From NCBI GenBank assembly GCA_035703635.1, contig DASSXV010000087.1, forward strand, positions 26,655-90,654: a stretch of 64,000 nt of DNA, given 5' to 3'. Each line of letters begins with the position of its first letter. Positions within the stretch are counted from its first letter, which is position 1. A program made the position numbers and the translations under genes. Of the stretch, positions 34,716 through 45,734 are shown one piece after another. The notes under the pieces were generated by a model, which saw only the letters and a program-made list of their open reading frames with translations, was not told the origin of the DNA and ran no database searches. Source of the stretch: Trueperaceae bacterium (GTDB taxonomy: Bacteria > Deinococcota > Deinococci > Deinococcales > Trueperaceae).

Positions 34716-37391
34716 ATGTCCAATTCTCGCGCCGCCCAGATCCGTGCAGGCGTGCTCTATGCCAAGGGGCCGCACGCTAGAGCCGCAGTTAGGTTTGTGG
34801 GCGCCGCCCTCGCCCTAGTGGCGCTCCTCGGGGGGCTCGCGAGCGCACAGAGCGCGCCCGTCGTCGGCGTGGACGCCTACGAGTACAAGGTCGGTGACGT
34901 CCTCCACTTAACTGGTGACGGGCTCACGCCGGGCGCCAGTTACCGCGTTTCGGTGACGCCAGCAGGCAGCGTGCCGCTCGTTGCCATGGAGATCGCCAAC
35001 GGCCTCGGGGCCATCCGCTTCAGCGCCCCTCTCACCGAAGCGGGCGACCACAGCGTCAACGTCGCCGGTCCCGACATCAACGCAACGTTCACCGTGGCGG
35101 TGACGGCCGCACCAACGGCGCCTGCGGGGGCGGCGCCCGGCGCCGTCGAGGGTGAACCTCAAGGCGCCGCACCGCAAGAGGCCGCCCCCGCCCCGCCTGC
35201 GGTTGAGCGGCCGCCGGCCGCACAGCCAGAGCCCACGCAGCCCGCGCCAACTGAGCCCGCTCCTGCACAGTCCGCGCCCACGGAGCCCGCTCCCACGCAA
35301 CCGCAGAGCGGCGCAACGCCGCCGGCCGCCACTCAGACGCCGCAGGAGGCGACCCCGGCGTCCCCGCCGGCCGTCTTGGGCTACCCCGTGGTGCAGAGCG
35401 TTGACGGCGCAGTCAAGGGCATGCAGAACGGCCAGGCACTGTGGACGTTGGCGTTTCCCGTAGGAAGCGGCGAGACGGCGGGGCTATTCCAGGCGGGAAC
35501 AGACGCCTACGTTGGTCACGGCAACAGCGTGCTAGTCGTCGACGCCCGCACCGGCGTGGTCCAGAAGCGCTACCGCTTGCCTGCGCAGGTAACCTCCATC
35601 ACCAACTCTGCTGGCGTGCCGCTGGCCGCCATCACCTACTCGAACGGCGCAGAGGGCCGCATCGCCATCCTCTCCTCTGGCCCTGAGGCCAGCGAGCCGT
35701 TCGACGTCGATCCGAAGCTCTACGGTTGGCTGCGCACGGAAGCGCTTGGCGAGAACCCAACCGAGCGCCTGCGGCAGGACCCGACTAACCCGTGGCTCTA
35801 CCTGGAGGCCGCCAGGGCCGCCCAACCAGGCAGCAACGACGAGGCGCGCTACATCGACGGCGCGCTCGCGAACGCCGCCACGTTCTACGAGCGGGCGCAG
35901 CTCGCGCGTGAACTCATGCGCTTCTCGCCGCCGCAGCGCGAGGCGGCAGCCAGCGCCATGTACGGCGCCCTTTCAGACTTCGTGGCGCGCGGTTACCGCG
36001 CCGAGCTCCTCTTCGATGAGACGTTGGCGGAGACATACGGCTTCCCGCTCGGCGCGCTGCAGGCCGCCTTGGGTCGCGGAGACATCCAGGCCGCCGGCTT
36101 CTGGGCAGACTGGGTCTACCCTCTCTCCACGCCGGCCGTGCCCGCGACACAAGCCGCACTGCGCGATTACGCCGATTACCTCCGCGCGGACGGTCAACGT
36201 GAGGCCGCGAGCCAGTGGCTCGAGCGTTCACGCGAGGGCGCAGGATTCGACCTGGCCGCCGCCATCAGGCAGGCAGCGCTGGACGTTGGCCGCACGGGTT
36301 GGTACGGCGTAGCTGCGCTGCTCGTCGCCCTCATCGCGCTGTACGTCACCCTAGCCGCCAAGTACTGGCGGGCGCAGAGCCTGAACCTGCGCCGCAACTC
36401 CGGCAAGGGCGGCGGGGCGCGGCTCTTCTTCTTGCGCTACGCCACCTTCACCGAGCGGCTAGTCGCCGTCCTACTCTTGGCAGCGGCGATGGCCCTCACC
36501 GGCTTGCAAGGCTGGGCGCGTGACGGCGACGCGTTGCCAGCCGCTTGGGGTTCTGGCTCGCTTGCGTCCGTGCCGTCACTCGACGCCTTGGCCCGCACCA
36601 GCGGTAGCGGCCCAGACATCGGCTTCGTGAGGGGCTACGCGGAGCAGACCGCTGGCCTGACAGATCCGGCAGCGGAGGCGTACCGCACGGCGCCGAACGA
36701 TGCAGACGCCGTCAACAACCTTGGCGTACTCACTAACGATCCGGCCCTCTACCAGCGTGCACTCGACCTCAAGCCAGGCCTGCCGGCCGCGAACTTCAAT
36801 CTTGGTCAGGGCAGCAACCCTTCGCGGCTCATGGCGGCGTTCGCTCCGGACGACAAGGCGCTCGTCGTGCCGGACGAGACGCGGTTGCGCAGCGCCGTGA
36901 CTGGCACTTTCCTAGAGGCGCTAGCCAACGTCTTCACCAACCCGTGGGCAGCCCTAACCGGCGTTGCTGGCGTTGGCGTCGCGCAGTGGGTGTGGCTCGT
37001 CATCGTCGTGGCGTTCCTCATCGTCGTGCTCTTCAACCTCATCCAGCTCGTCCTGCCGCGGCCGCGTCTAGCGCGCAACGCGCCGCGCACACCCCTTTAT
37101 CACGTGCTCGCCGTGCTCCTACCCGGCACCGGTCAGGCTGACGAGTTCTGGGGCTTGCTGCTCGCCGTGCCGTGGGCCATCTTCGGCGTCGACCTCCTGC
37201 TTCACTACGTGCCAATGGGCGTCGGACCCGCCATCAGTTACATGACGGACCTCATCGCGTTAGGCGTCATCTACCTCATCAACCTCGTGACGTTCTTCGT
37301 GGAGTTGGCCTCGTACAACAGGCGCATGCAGGCCCTCAAGGTCAACGACCCGCAAACGGCCCGCGAGTACGGCATGCGAGTCGCCGCCTGA
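34716..37391 (+). CDS. Large exported/membrane protein with Pro/Thr/Gln-rich linker and TPR-like segments
   Basis: Signal peptide, Ig-like N-terminus, EPTQPAPT repeats, 'AVNNLGVL...YQRALDLKP' TPR-like segment, C-terminal TMs. Confidence 0.75.
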   Translation: MSNSRAAQIRAGVLYAKGPHARAAVRFVGAALALVALLGGLASAQSAPVVGVDAYEYKVGDVLHLTGDGLTPGASYRVSVTPAGSVPLVAMEIANGLGAIRFSAPLTEAGDHSVNVAGPDINATFTVAVTAAPTAPAGAAPGAVEGEPQGAAPQEAAPAPPAVERPPAAQPEPTQPAPTEPAPAQSAPTEPAPTQPQSGATPPAATQTPQEATPASPPAVLGYPVVQSVDGAVKGMQNGQALWTLAFPVGSGETAGLFQAGTDAYVGHGNSVLVVDARTGVVQKRYRLPAQVTSITNSAGVPLAAITYSNGAEGRIAILSSGPEASEPFDVDPKLYGWLRTEALGENPTERLRQDPTNPWLYLEAARAAQPGSNDEARYIDGALANAATFYERAQLARELMRFSPPQREAAASAMYGALSDFVARGYRAELLFDETLAETYGFPLGALQAALGRGDIQAAGFWADWVYPLSTPAVPATQAALRDYADYLRADGQREAASQWLERSREGAGFDLAAAIRQAALDVGRTGWYGVAALLVALIALYVTLAAKYWRAQSLNLRRNSGKGGGARLFFLRYATFTERLVAVLLLAAAMALTGLQGWARDGDALPAAWGSGSLASVPSLDALARTSGSGPDIGFVRGYAEQTAGLTDPAAEAYRTAPNDADAVNNLGVLTNDPALYQRALDLKPGLPAANFNLGQGSNPSRLMAAFAPDDKALVVPDETRLRSAVTGTFLEALANVFTNPWAALTGVAGVGVAQWVWLVIVVAFLIVVLFNLIQLVLPRPRLARNAPRTPLYHVLAVLLPGTGQADEFWGLLLAVPWAIFGVDLLLHYVPMGVGPAISYMTDLIALGVIYLINLVTFFVELASYNRRMQALKVNDPQTAREYGMRVAA

Positions 37392-38341
37392 CCAAGACTT
37401 CAACCACCAAGGAGCGCACGCGCGTAGTCGGGTACGCCCTCGTCGCGTTCGCCGCGCTCCTCTGGGCGTTGTTGGGGGTCTTCTCCAAGAACCTCCTCGC
37501 CGCCGGGGTCGGTCCCACCGAGATAGCGTTCTGGCGCGCCGCGATCGGCGGCGCGCTGTTCGTAGTGCACGCCATGGTGGAGGGGAACCTGCGCCTCCAG
37601 CGCAGGTCCGACGCCCTGGCGTTCGTGGCGTTCGCGCTCGTTGGCGTGACGCTCTTCTATACGGCCCTCAACATCGCCATCGAGGCTGGCGGCGTGAGCC
37701 TGGCGTTCATCCTCCTCTACTCGGCGCCGGCGTTCGTAGCTGTGCTCGCCGCCCTCCTGCTTGGCGAGCGCCTAACGCGCCTGAAGGGCCTGCTCGTTGC
37801 CGTGGCGGTCGTGGGGGTGGCGCTCGTCGCACAGGGCGGCGAATCTGGCATGACGGTGAGTTTCAGGAGCGTGACTTGGGGCCTGATAGCTGGCGCCTCG
37901 TACGCGAGTTACTACCTCTTCGGCAAGTGGATCCTCAGGCGCTACCGGCCAGCCACCATCTACGCGTTCGTCATGCCCCTCGGCGCGCTCGGGTTGCTGC
38001 CGTTCACGCCGTTCGCCGCCGTGAAGCACGCCACCTTGGAGATCTGGCTCTACCTCGTCCTCATGTCAGTCCTCTCTACGTATGCCGCTTACCTCGTCTA
38101 TTACACGGGGTTGAAGCGCGTCGAGGCGTCGAGGGCGGTGCTCGTCGCGACCATAGAGCCCGTCGTTGCCGCGGCGCTTGCCGCCTGGCTCTTCGGGGAG
38201 CGCCTTGGCACCCTCGGCATCCTCGGCGGGGCGTTAGTGGTGGGAGCGGCCATGCTCTCCGCCCTCCCGGAGCGCGGTCGGCGCTCGCGCGCCCACGAGC
38301 CCGTCGGTGCCGACCCGGGCGTTGACGACCTCGTACGCTAG
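37388..38341 (+). CDS. EamA/DMT family transporter (start uncertain)
   Basis: About 10 TM segments; ILLYSAP and ATIEPVVA...FGERL motifs. Confidence 0.85.
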   Translation: MTKTSTTKERTRVVGYALVAFAALLWALLGVFSKNLLAAGVGPTEIAFWRAAIGGALFVVHAMVEGNLRLQRRSDALAFVAFALVGVTLFYTALNIAIEAGGVSLAFILLYSAPAFVAVLAALLLGERLTRLKGLLVAVAVVGVALVAQGGESGMTVSFRSVTWGLIAGASYASYYLFGKWILRRYRPATIYAFVMPLGALGLLPFTPFAAVKHATLEIWLYLVLMSVLSTYAAYLVYYTGLKRVEASRAVLVATIEPVVAAALAAWLFGERLGTLGILGGALVVGAAMLSALPERGRRSRAHEPVGADPGVDDLVR

Positions 38342-38348
38342 TGCTAGC

Positions 38349-38386
38349 ATTGCAACGTTATCAGCGGTAATGCATAAGCATCCGCT
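38349..38386. promoter_or_regulatory. Possible tandem ARG-box-like operator upstream of the arg operon
   Basis: TGCAAcgttATCAG and TGCATaagcATCCG at 20-bp spacing; a further TTATGCA half-site near 38549-38555. Confidence 0.4.
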
Positions 38387-38406
38387 CGGTCACTAACCCG
38401 CACATC

Positions 38407-38472
38407 ATGGCTAGCACTCGGCGCCCCCACCACCTCAGTACCCAGAAGAACCTACGAGCCCGACGTAGCTGA
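38407..38472 (+). CDS. Putative Arg-rich leader peptide MASTRRPHHLSTQKNLRARRS
   Basis: 21 codons including 5 Arg (CGG CGC, CGA, CGA CGT), immediately before alternative hairpins and argG. Confidence 0.6.
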   Translation: MASTRRPHHLSTQKNLRARRS

Positions 38473-38502
38473 GCGCACTGACGCCACCTCGCTAGCGTAG
38501 CC

Positions 38503-38540
38503 ATCACGGCCGCTCCCATGAGGTGGCGGCCGTGATTCTC
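38503..38540 (+). terminator. Attenuator-like hairpin in the argG leader
   Basis: 11-bp stem ATCACGGCCGC/GCGGCCGTGAT, followed by a weak pyrimidine tail. Confidence 0.55.
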
Positions 38541-38606
38541 GGTCGTCATTATGCATGCATAGCGGGTAAGCGCCACGCACTAGCGCCAGAACGTTAAGGA
38601 GCAGAG

Positions 38607-39833
<1,227 letters not shown>

Positions 39834-39845
39834 GGGCTAGGAGCA

Positions 39846-40328
39846 GTGGCCAGCCCCGCCGTTCTCCCCAAGAAGCCAGGGGCCGATTACGCTCCGCCGC
39901 GCCTGCGTGACGCGAGGGCGTCAGACGCCGCCTCGCTAGCGCGGCTGTACGCCGTCGCGCGCCCCGAACTGGCGCTTAGTAGCGCCGACTTCCGTGAGTG
40001 GCTCTCGCTTGACAGCGCGCTGCTGGTAGAGGACGCGGCCGGCGAGGTCGTAGCCGCGCTCCGTTACGGCGAGGAGGCGGAGGGGTGGCGCGTAGAGCCG
40101 ATCGTCACCGACCCAGACCACCGCGGCCAAGGTTACGGGCGCTGGCTGATGACGATGCTCGAGGCGGAAGCCATCCGCGCCAACGTGCCTTACCTCGCCC
40201 TCAAGCTCAGCGACCCTGCGGTGCTCCCCTACTACCTACGCCTTGGTTACCGGCCGCTGGAGGACGACGAACTCGACCTCGTCAAGCGCGTCGGTGGGGT
40301 ATGGCAGCGGCGGAGCAGCACATCATGA
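39846..40328 (+). CDS. GNAT family N-acetyltransferase
   Basis: TDPDHRGQGYGRWLM acetyl-CoA motif; YYLRLGY. Confidence 0.85.
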   Translation: MASPAVLPKKPGADYAPPRLRDARASDAASLARLYAVARPELALSSADFREWLSLDSALLVEDAAGEVVAALRYGEEAEGWRVEPIVTDPDHRGQGYGRWLMTMLEAEAIRANVPYLALKLSDPAVLPYYLRLGYRPLEDDELDLVKRVGGVWQRRSSTS

Positions 40329-41770
40329 GCGGCGCGTCTGACAAGCCGCGCGACGCCCGCATGTGGGGCGGCAGGTTCGCTGAGCCAACCGACGCGCTCG
40401 TGCAGCGCGTAAACGCCTCGATCACCGTCGACTCGGCGATGGCCGAGGATGACCTGCTCGGCTCCATCGCTCACGCGACCATGCTGGCGCGTCAGGGGAT
40501 CATCACGAGCGCGGAGGGCGACGCCATCGTCGCCGGCCTGCGCGAGCTGTTGGCGGAGGTGCGGGCTGGCAAGGTGACGTGGCGCGAGGAGCTAGAGGAC
40601 GTGCACATGAACCTCGAGTCGCTCCTCACAGAGCGCCTCGGCGCCGTTGGCGGGAAACTCCACACCGCTCGCAGCCGCAACGACCAGGTCGCTACCGACG
40701 CCCGCCTCTACCTAGCGCGCCGCGGCCGCGAGCTGCGTGACCTGATCGTCGAGCTGCGGCGCGTGCTCGTGCAGTTGGCCGCTGAGCACATCGACGTGAT
40801 CATGCCCGGCTACACGCACTTGCAGGTGGCGCAACCTGTGCGGTTCTCGCACCATCTGCTCGCCTACCACGAGATGTTCAAGCGCGATCAGGGCCGCATG
40901 GAGGATGCACTCGAGCGCGCGGACGTGTCGCCGCTGGGCGCGGGCGCCCTCGCTGGCACGACGTTCCCTATCGACCGCGACCTCACGGCGGAACTCCTCG
41001 GCTTCGGCAGCGTCGCGGCCAACTCGCTCGACGCCGTCTCCGACCGCGATTACATGCTCGAGACGCTCTCCGCCCTCTCCATCCTGATGATGCACCTCTC
41101 GCGCCTAAGCGAAGAGCTCATCTTGTGGTCGTCCGCCGAGTTCGGCTTCGTCACCCTCAGTGACGCTTACACGACCGGCAGTTCGATCATGCCGCAGAAG
41201 AAGAACCCGGACGTCTGCGAGCTCGTCAGGGGCAAGACGGGCCGCGTGTACGGCTCCCTGATCGGGCTCCTCACGGTCATGAAGGGCCTGCCACTTGCGT
41301 ACAACAAGGACATGCAGGAGGACAAAGAGGGCCTGTTCGACGCACTAGACACGGCACGCGATTGCGTGCGCCTCTACGTCGGCATGTTGCCGCGCATGCG
41401 CGTGCATGCTGACCGCATGCGGGCCGCGGCAGGGCGCGGCTACTCGAACGCCACCGACCTCGCTGATTACCTCGTGCGGCGCGGCCTTGCTTTCCGCGAC
41501 GCCCACCACGTAGTCGGTCGCCTGGTCGCCTTGGCGGTGCGGCGCGGTGTCGCCCTCGAGGAACTGTCGCTTGCTGACATGCAGGAAGCCGAGCCAGTCA
41601 TCGGCGCGGACGTGTTCAGCGCCCTCGAGCTCGACACGGTGGTTGACGCCCGCAAGTCCTACGGAGGCACCGCACGCGCCCGCGTGCTCGAACAGGTCGC
41701 CGCAGCCAACGCCAACCTCGAGGCCATCAAGCCGCTAGCGCCCACCAACCACGTGGAGGAGCAAGGATGA
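40325..41770 (+). CDS. argH: Argininosuccinate lyase
   Basis: MWGGRF, HTARSRNDQ, GSSIMPQKKNPD and YNKDMQEDKE motifs. Confidence 0.97.
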   Translation: MSGASDKPRDARMWGGRFAEPTDALVQRVNASITVDSAMAEDDLLGSIAHATMLARQGIITSAEGDAIVAGLRELLAEVRAGKVTWREELEDVHMNLESLLTERLGAVGGKLHTARSRNDQVATDARLYLARRGRELRDLIVELRRVLVQLAAEHIDVIMPGYTHLQVAQPVRFSHHLLAYHEMFKRDQGRMEDALERADVSPLGAGALAGTTFPIDRDLTAELLGFGSVAANSLDAVSDRDYMLETLSALSILMMHLSRLSEELILWSSAEFGFVTLSDAYTTGSSIMPQKKNPDVCELVRGKTGRVYGSLIGLLTVMKGLPLAYNKDMQEDKEGLFDALDTARDCVRLYVGMLPRMRVHADRMRAAAGRGYSNATDLADYLVRRGLAFRDAHHVVGRLVALAVRRGVALEELSLADMQEAEPVIGADVFSALELDTVVDARKSYGGTARARVLEQVAAANANLEAIKPLAPTNHVEEQG

Positions 41771-42369
41771 GCGAGTTCCTTGGCACGACGCCACAACCCC
41801 TGCCTACCGCGCCAGACGCCAAGCCAGCGGTGCAACTGAGCGTACGCCCGGCCCGCGCCGAGGACGTCCCGCTCATCTTCGAGAACATCGGCTACTGGGC
41901 TGGGCAAGGCCGCATGCTCGTTCGCCCCATGCAGAACATCTTCGAGAACCTCCGTGACTTCTTCGTCGCCGAGGTGGACGAGGGCAACGGCCCGCAGTTC
42001 GCGGGTAACGGCGCCATGCACATCCTGTGGGGCGACATCGCCGAGGTCCGTGGGCTGGCGGTCGCACCGAACGTCCGCTCGCGCGGCGTCGGCAAGGCGC
42101 TTGTAGCCGCGTGCGAGGAGGAGGCGCGGCGCGTAGGCATACCCGTGCTCTTCGCTTGGACTTACGAAGTCGAGTTCTTCGAGCGTTGCGGCTTCAACCT
42201 CATCGACAAGACCCGCGACCTGCACCCGCGCGTGTGGTCCGAGTGCCTCCGGTGCCCCTTCTACGTCGGCTGCAACGAGAACGGTGTCGTCAAGCGCCTG
42301 GACGGCATCCCGCTGCCACACAACCTCCCGGAGCCGCCGCCAGCGCAAGTGCCGCCCGGCATCCGCTGA
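41767..42369 (+). CDS. Short GNAT amino-acid N-acetyltransferase (ArgA-like)
   Basis: AEVRGLAV, FFERCGF and PRVWSECLRCP...CNE motifs; located in the arg operon. Confidence 0.75.
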   Translation: MSEFLGTTPQPLPTAPDAKPAVQLSVRPARAEDVPLIFENIGYWAGQGRMLVRPMQNIFENLRDFFVAEVDEGNGPQFAGNGAMHILWGDIAEVRGLAVAPNVRSRGVGKALVAACEEEARRVGIPVLFAWTYEVEFFERCGFNLIDKTRDLHPRVWSECLRCPFYVGCNENGVVKRLDGIPLPHNLPEPPPAQVPPGIR

Positions 42370-42429
42370 GGACCTAACGCCCATTACCGGCCGCGCAGGC
42401 GAGCCGTGCGCGGCCGGTATAGTCGAGCC

Positions 42430-43443
<1,014 letters not shown>

Positions 43444-43488
43444 CACGCCGCTCACGGCGCTGGCGCGGTCCACGGTTATGCTGGGTTC

Positions 43489-43944
43489 GTGTTCGACGAC
43501 GACATCGCCGCTGCCACCTCGGGCCTGCCTTCCCTCGACGGCGCTCAGCTAGATCACGTTGGCATCGCCGTCGCGCACTTGGCTGATGGCGCTGCGCCGT
43601 TCGAGCTGCTCGGCTTGGGGCACGAGGGTCAGGACGAGCTGGTGCGGGGCCAAGACGTGCACGTGCGCACGCTGCGGGCAGGTGACGTCCTCATCGAACT
43701 ACTCGCCCCAGTGAGCGACCAAGGGGCGGTGGCGCGCTTCCTCGCCAAGCGCGGTCCCGGCCTGCACCACTTGGCGTTCCGCGTAGAAGACCTTGACGCC
43801 GAGATCGTCCGGCTGCAGGGCGAGGGCGTCCCACTCATAGATACAACGCCGCGGCCTGGCATTCACGGCACGAGGGTCGTGTTCATCCACCCCCGCTTCG
43901 CTGACGGGGTGCTCGTCGAGTTAGTCGAATACCCGCCCACCTGA
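43489..43944 (+). CDS. mce: Methylmalonyl-CoA epimerase
   Basis: DHVGIAV, IELLAP, GPGLHHLAFRV and FIHP...GVLVELVE motifs. Confidence 0.85.
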   Translation: MFDDDIAAATSGLPSLDGAQLDHVGIAVAHLADGAAPFELLGLGHEGQDELVRGQDVHVRTLRAGDVLIELLAPVSDQGAVARFLAKRGPGLHHLAFRVEDLDAEIVRLQGEGVPLIDTTPRPGIHGTRVVFIHPRFADGVLVELVEYPPT

Positions 43945-44354
43945 TGGCTGCTGGTTCACCTGATGCCAAGGCGCGTCCGTGGCGCGAGCGGCCAGCGTGG
44001 GTGCGGTGGGCCGGCTGGTCGGCCGCCGTGTTGTGGGCAGCGTTCCTCTTCCTGCAATCGAGTTCATCAACCGCCGGCTCGTTCCTCGCGGCGTTTCCAC
44101 CAGGCAGCGACAAGATCGTCCACGCGGGCGCGTTCGGGCTGCTAGGTGCCCTCGTGACGCTGGCTAGCGGCAACCCGCTTCTTGGCATCGTGCTCGCCTT
44201 CGCTTATGGCGCCAGCGACGAGATCCACCAATGGTTCGTGCCTGAGCGCGCCACTGACGTCCTCGACTTGCTCGCGGACACCGTGGGCGGGGCCGTCGGT
44301 GCGTTCGGCGTGGAGTTCCTTGCGCGCCGGCGTCACCGCAGGTCATTACAATGA
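43944..44354 (+). CDS. VanZ family membrane protein
   Basis: DKIVHAGAF, YGASDEIHQWFVPER and DLLADTVG motifs. Confidence 0.88.
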   Translation: MAAGSPDAKARPWRERPAWVRWAGWSAAVLWAAFLFLQSSSSTAGSFLAAFPPGSDKIVHAGAFGLLGALVTLASGNPLLGIVLAFAYGASDEIHQWFVPERATDVLDLLADTVGGAVGAFGVEFLARRRHRRSLQ

Positions 44355-44358
44355 CGGC

Positions 44359-45177
44359 ATGAACGCAGATAACCAGAGCTCCCGCGGCCCTCGCATCGTG
44401 TTCGTGGGTGCCGGCCGGATGGGAGGGGCGGTCCTGCAAGGTGCGCTGGCTGCGGGCGCCCTTAAACAAGACGAGGTGGCCATCTTCCACCCCAACCCCA
44501 GGCGCCTTGCCGAACTAACGGAACGCTTTGGAGTGGCCGGCGTCGACGACGCTGGCCTTCACGACGCGCAGCACGTGCTGTTGGCCGTCAAGCCGCAGTC
44601 GTTCGCGAAAGTAGCTCCCATAGTGGCGCAGCGCCACGCCTCATTCATTTCGCTCATGGCAGGCGTAACGGCCGAGACCATCGCGCGGCGCGTCGGCTCG
44701 ATGCGCGTCATCCGCGCCATGCCGAACTTGGGAGCCGGCCTCGGAGTGGCAGCCACCGCGCTCACCTGGCTACCAGAGGCAACCGCAGACGACGTCGCCC
44801 TCGCACGCCGCCTTTTCGGCTCGGTTGGGCGCGTTTACGACTTACGCGAGGAGCTCTTCGACGCGTTCACGGGCATGGCTGGCTCCGGTCCGGCGTACGT
44901 GGCCGTCATGGCGGAGGCGCTAGCCGACGGCGGCGTGCGCGTCGGCTTAGACCGCTCGCTCGCGCGCGACGTGGCGCGGCAAGTTCTGCTCGCCTCGGCG
45001 AAGTTGCTCGAGACGCGCCACCCTAGCGAACTCAAGGACGAGGTCTCGTCGGCGGGCGGTACCGCCATCGCGGGGGTGCGCACGCTCGAGCGGCACCGCC
45101 TGCGCTTCGCGCTCATCGACGCCATCGAGGAAGCAACGCGCCGGGCAGGCGAACTAAGCGGCGAGGGCAGCAAGTGA
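44359..45177 (+). CDS. proC: Pyrroline-5-carboxylate reductase
   Basis: GAGRMG, LAVKPQ, RAMPN, GSGPAY and VSSAGGT motifs. Confidence 0.94.
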   Translation: MNADNQSSRGPRIVFVGAGRMGGAVLQGALAAGALKQDEVAIFHPNPRRLAELTERFGVAGVDDAGLHDAQHVLLAVKPQSFAKVAPIVAQRHASFISLMAGVTAETIARRVGSMRVIRAMPNLGAGLGVAATALTWLPEATADDVALARRLFGSVGRVYDLREELFDAFTGMAGSGPAYVAVMAEALADGGVRVGLDRSLARDVARQVLLASAKLLETRHPSELKDEVSSAGGTAIAGVRTLERHRLRFALIDAIEEATRRAGELSGEGSK

Positions 45178-45734
45178 GGCCGCACCTCGCCGCGTTACTC
45201 CTAGCGCTGCTACTCGGCGGCGGCGCAACGGCGCAGAGTTACTACCCCGCCGCTGCCGGCTACAGCTGGACGTACTCGTCGGGCGAGACGCAGTCCATGA
45301 CCGGCCCGCGCGACCTACAGGGCCGCAGCGTCATGGTTCTAACGCACTACCTCGAGGGCGTGCCCGTCTCGGAGGACTACCTCGCCTACCGCGCCGATGG
45401 CGTCATCAGCTACGGTTCTGCCTCCGGCGGCCAGCTCTTCCCTTACGACCCACCGATCCTCGTCTACCCAGCCGAACCCCTCGCGCCCGGCAGCAAGTGG
45501 ACGAGCACGACGCAACTCCCCGGGTTCAGCCTCACCCTCGACTCCGAGGTCGTCGGCCTGCGCGGGGTAGCGACGCAAGCTGGGCGCTTCAACGCCTTGC
45601 TCATCCGCCAGACGACGCTGACTAGCAACGGCGGGCAGACGTTGCTCGACATCTACTTCGTTCCAACGGTCGGCATCGTGCGCTTCGTGACGCAAGACGG
45701 CACGACCATCGACTTGATCGAGAAGAGCTTCTAG
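45174..45734 (+). CDS. Hypothetical exported protein
   Basis: Signal peptide; 'SYYP...GYSWTYS' and 'V.T.AG.F' beta-rich fold. Confidence 0.7.
   Translation: MRPHLAALLLALLLGGGATAQSYYPAAAGYSWTYSSGETQSMTGPRDLQGRSVMVLTHYLEGVPVSEDYLAYRADGVISYGSASGGQLFPYDPPILVYPAEPLAPGSKWTSTTQLPGFSLTLDSEVVGLRGVATQAGRFNALLIRQTTLTSNGGQTLLDIYFVPTVGIVRFVTQDGTTIDLIEKSF

Noticed and set aside
38370-38396. Tiny His-rich uORF MHKHPLGH in the argG upstream region
   Set aside because: It overlaps the probable promoter/operator, has no link to arginine and is likely chance.
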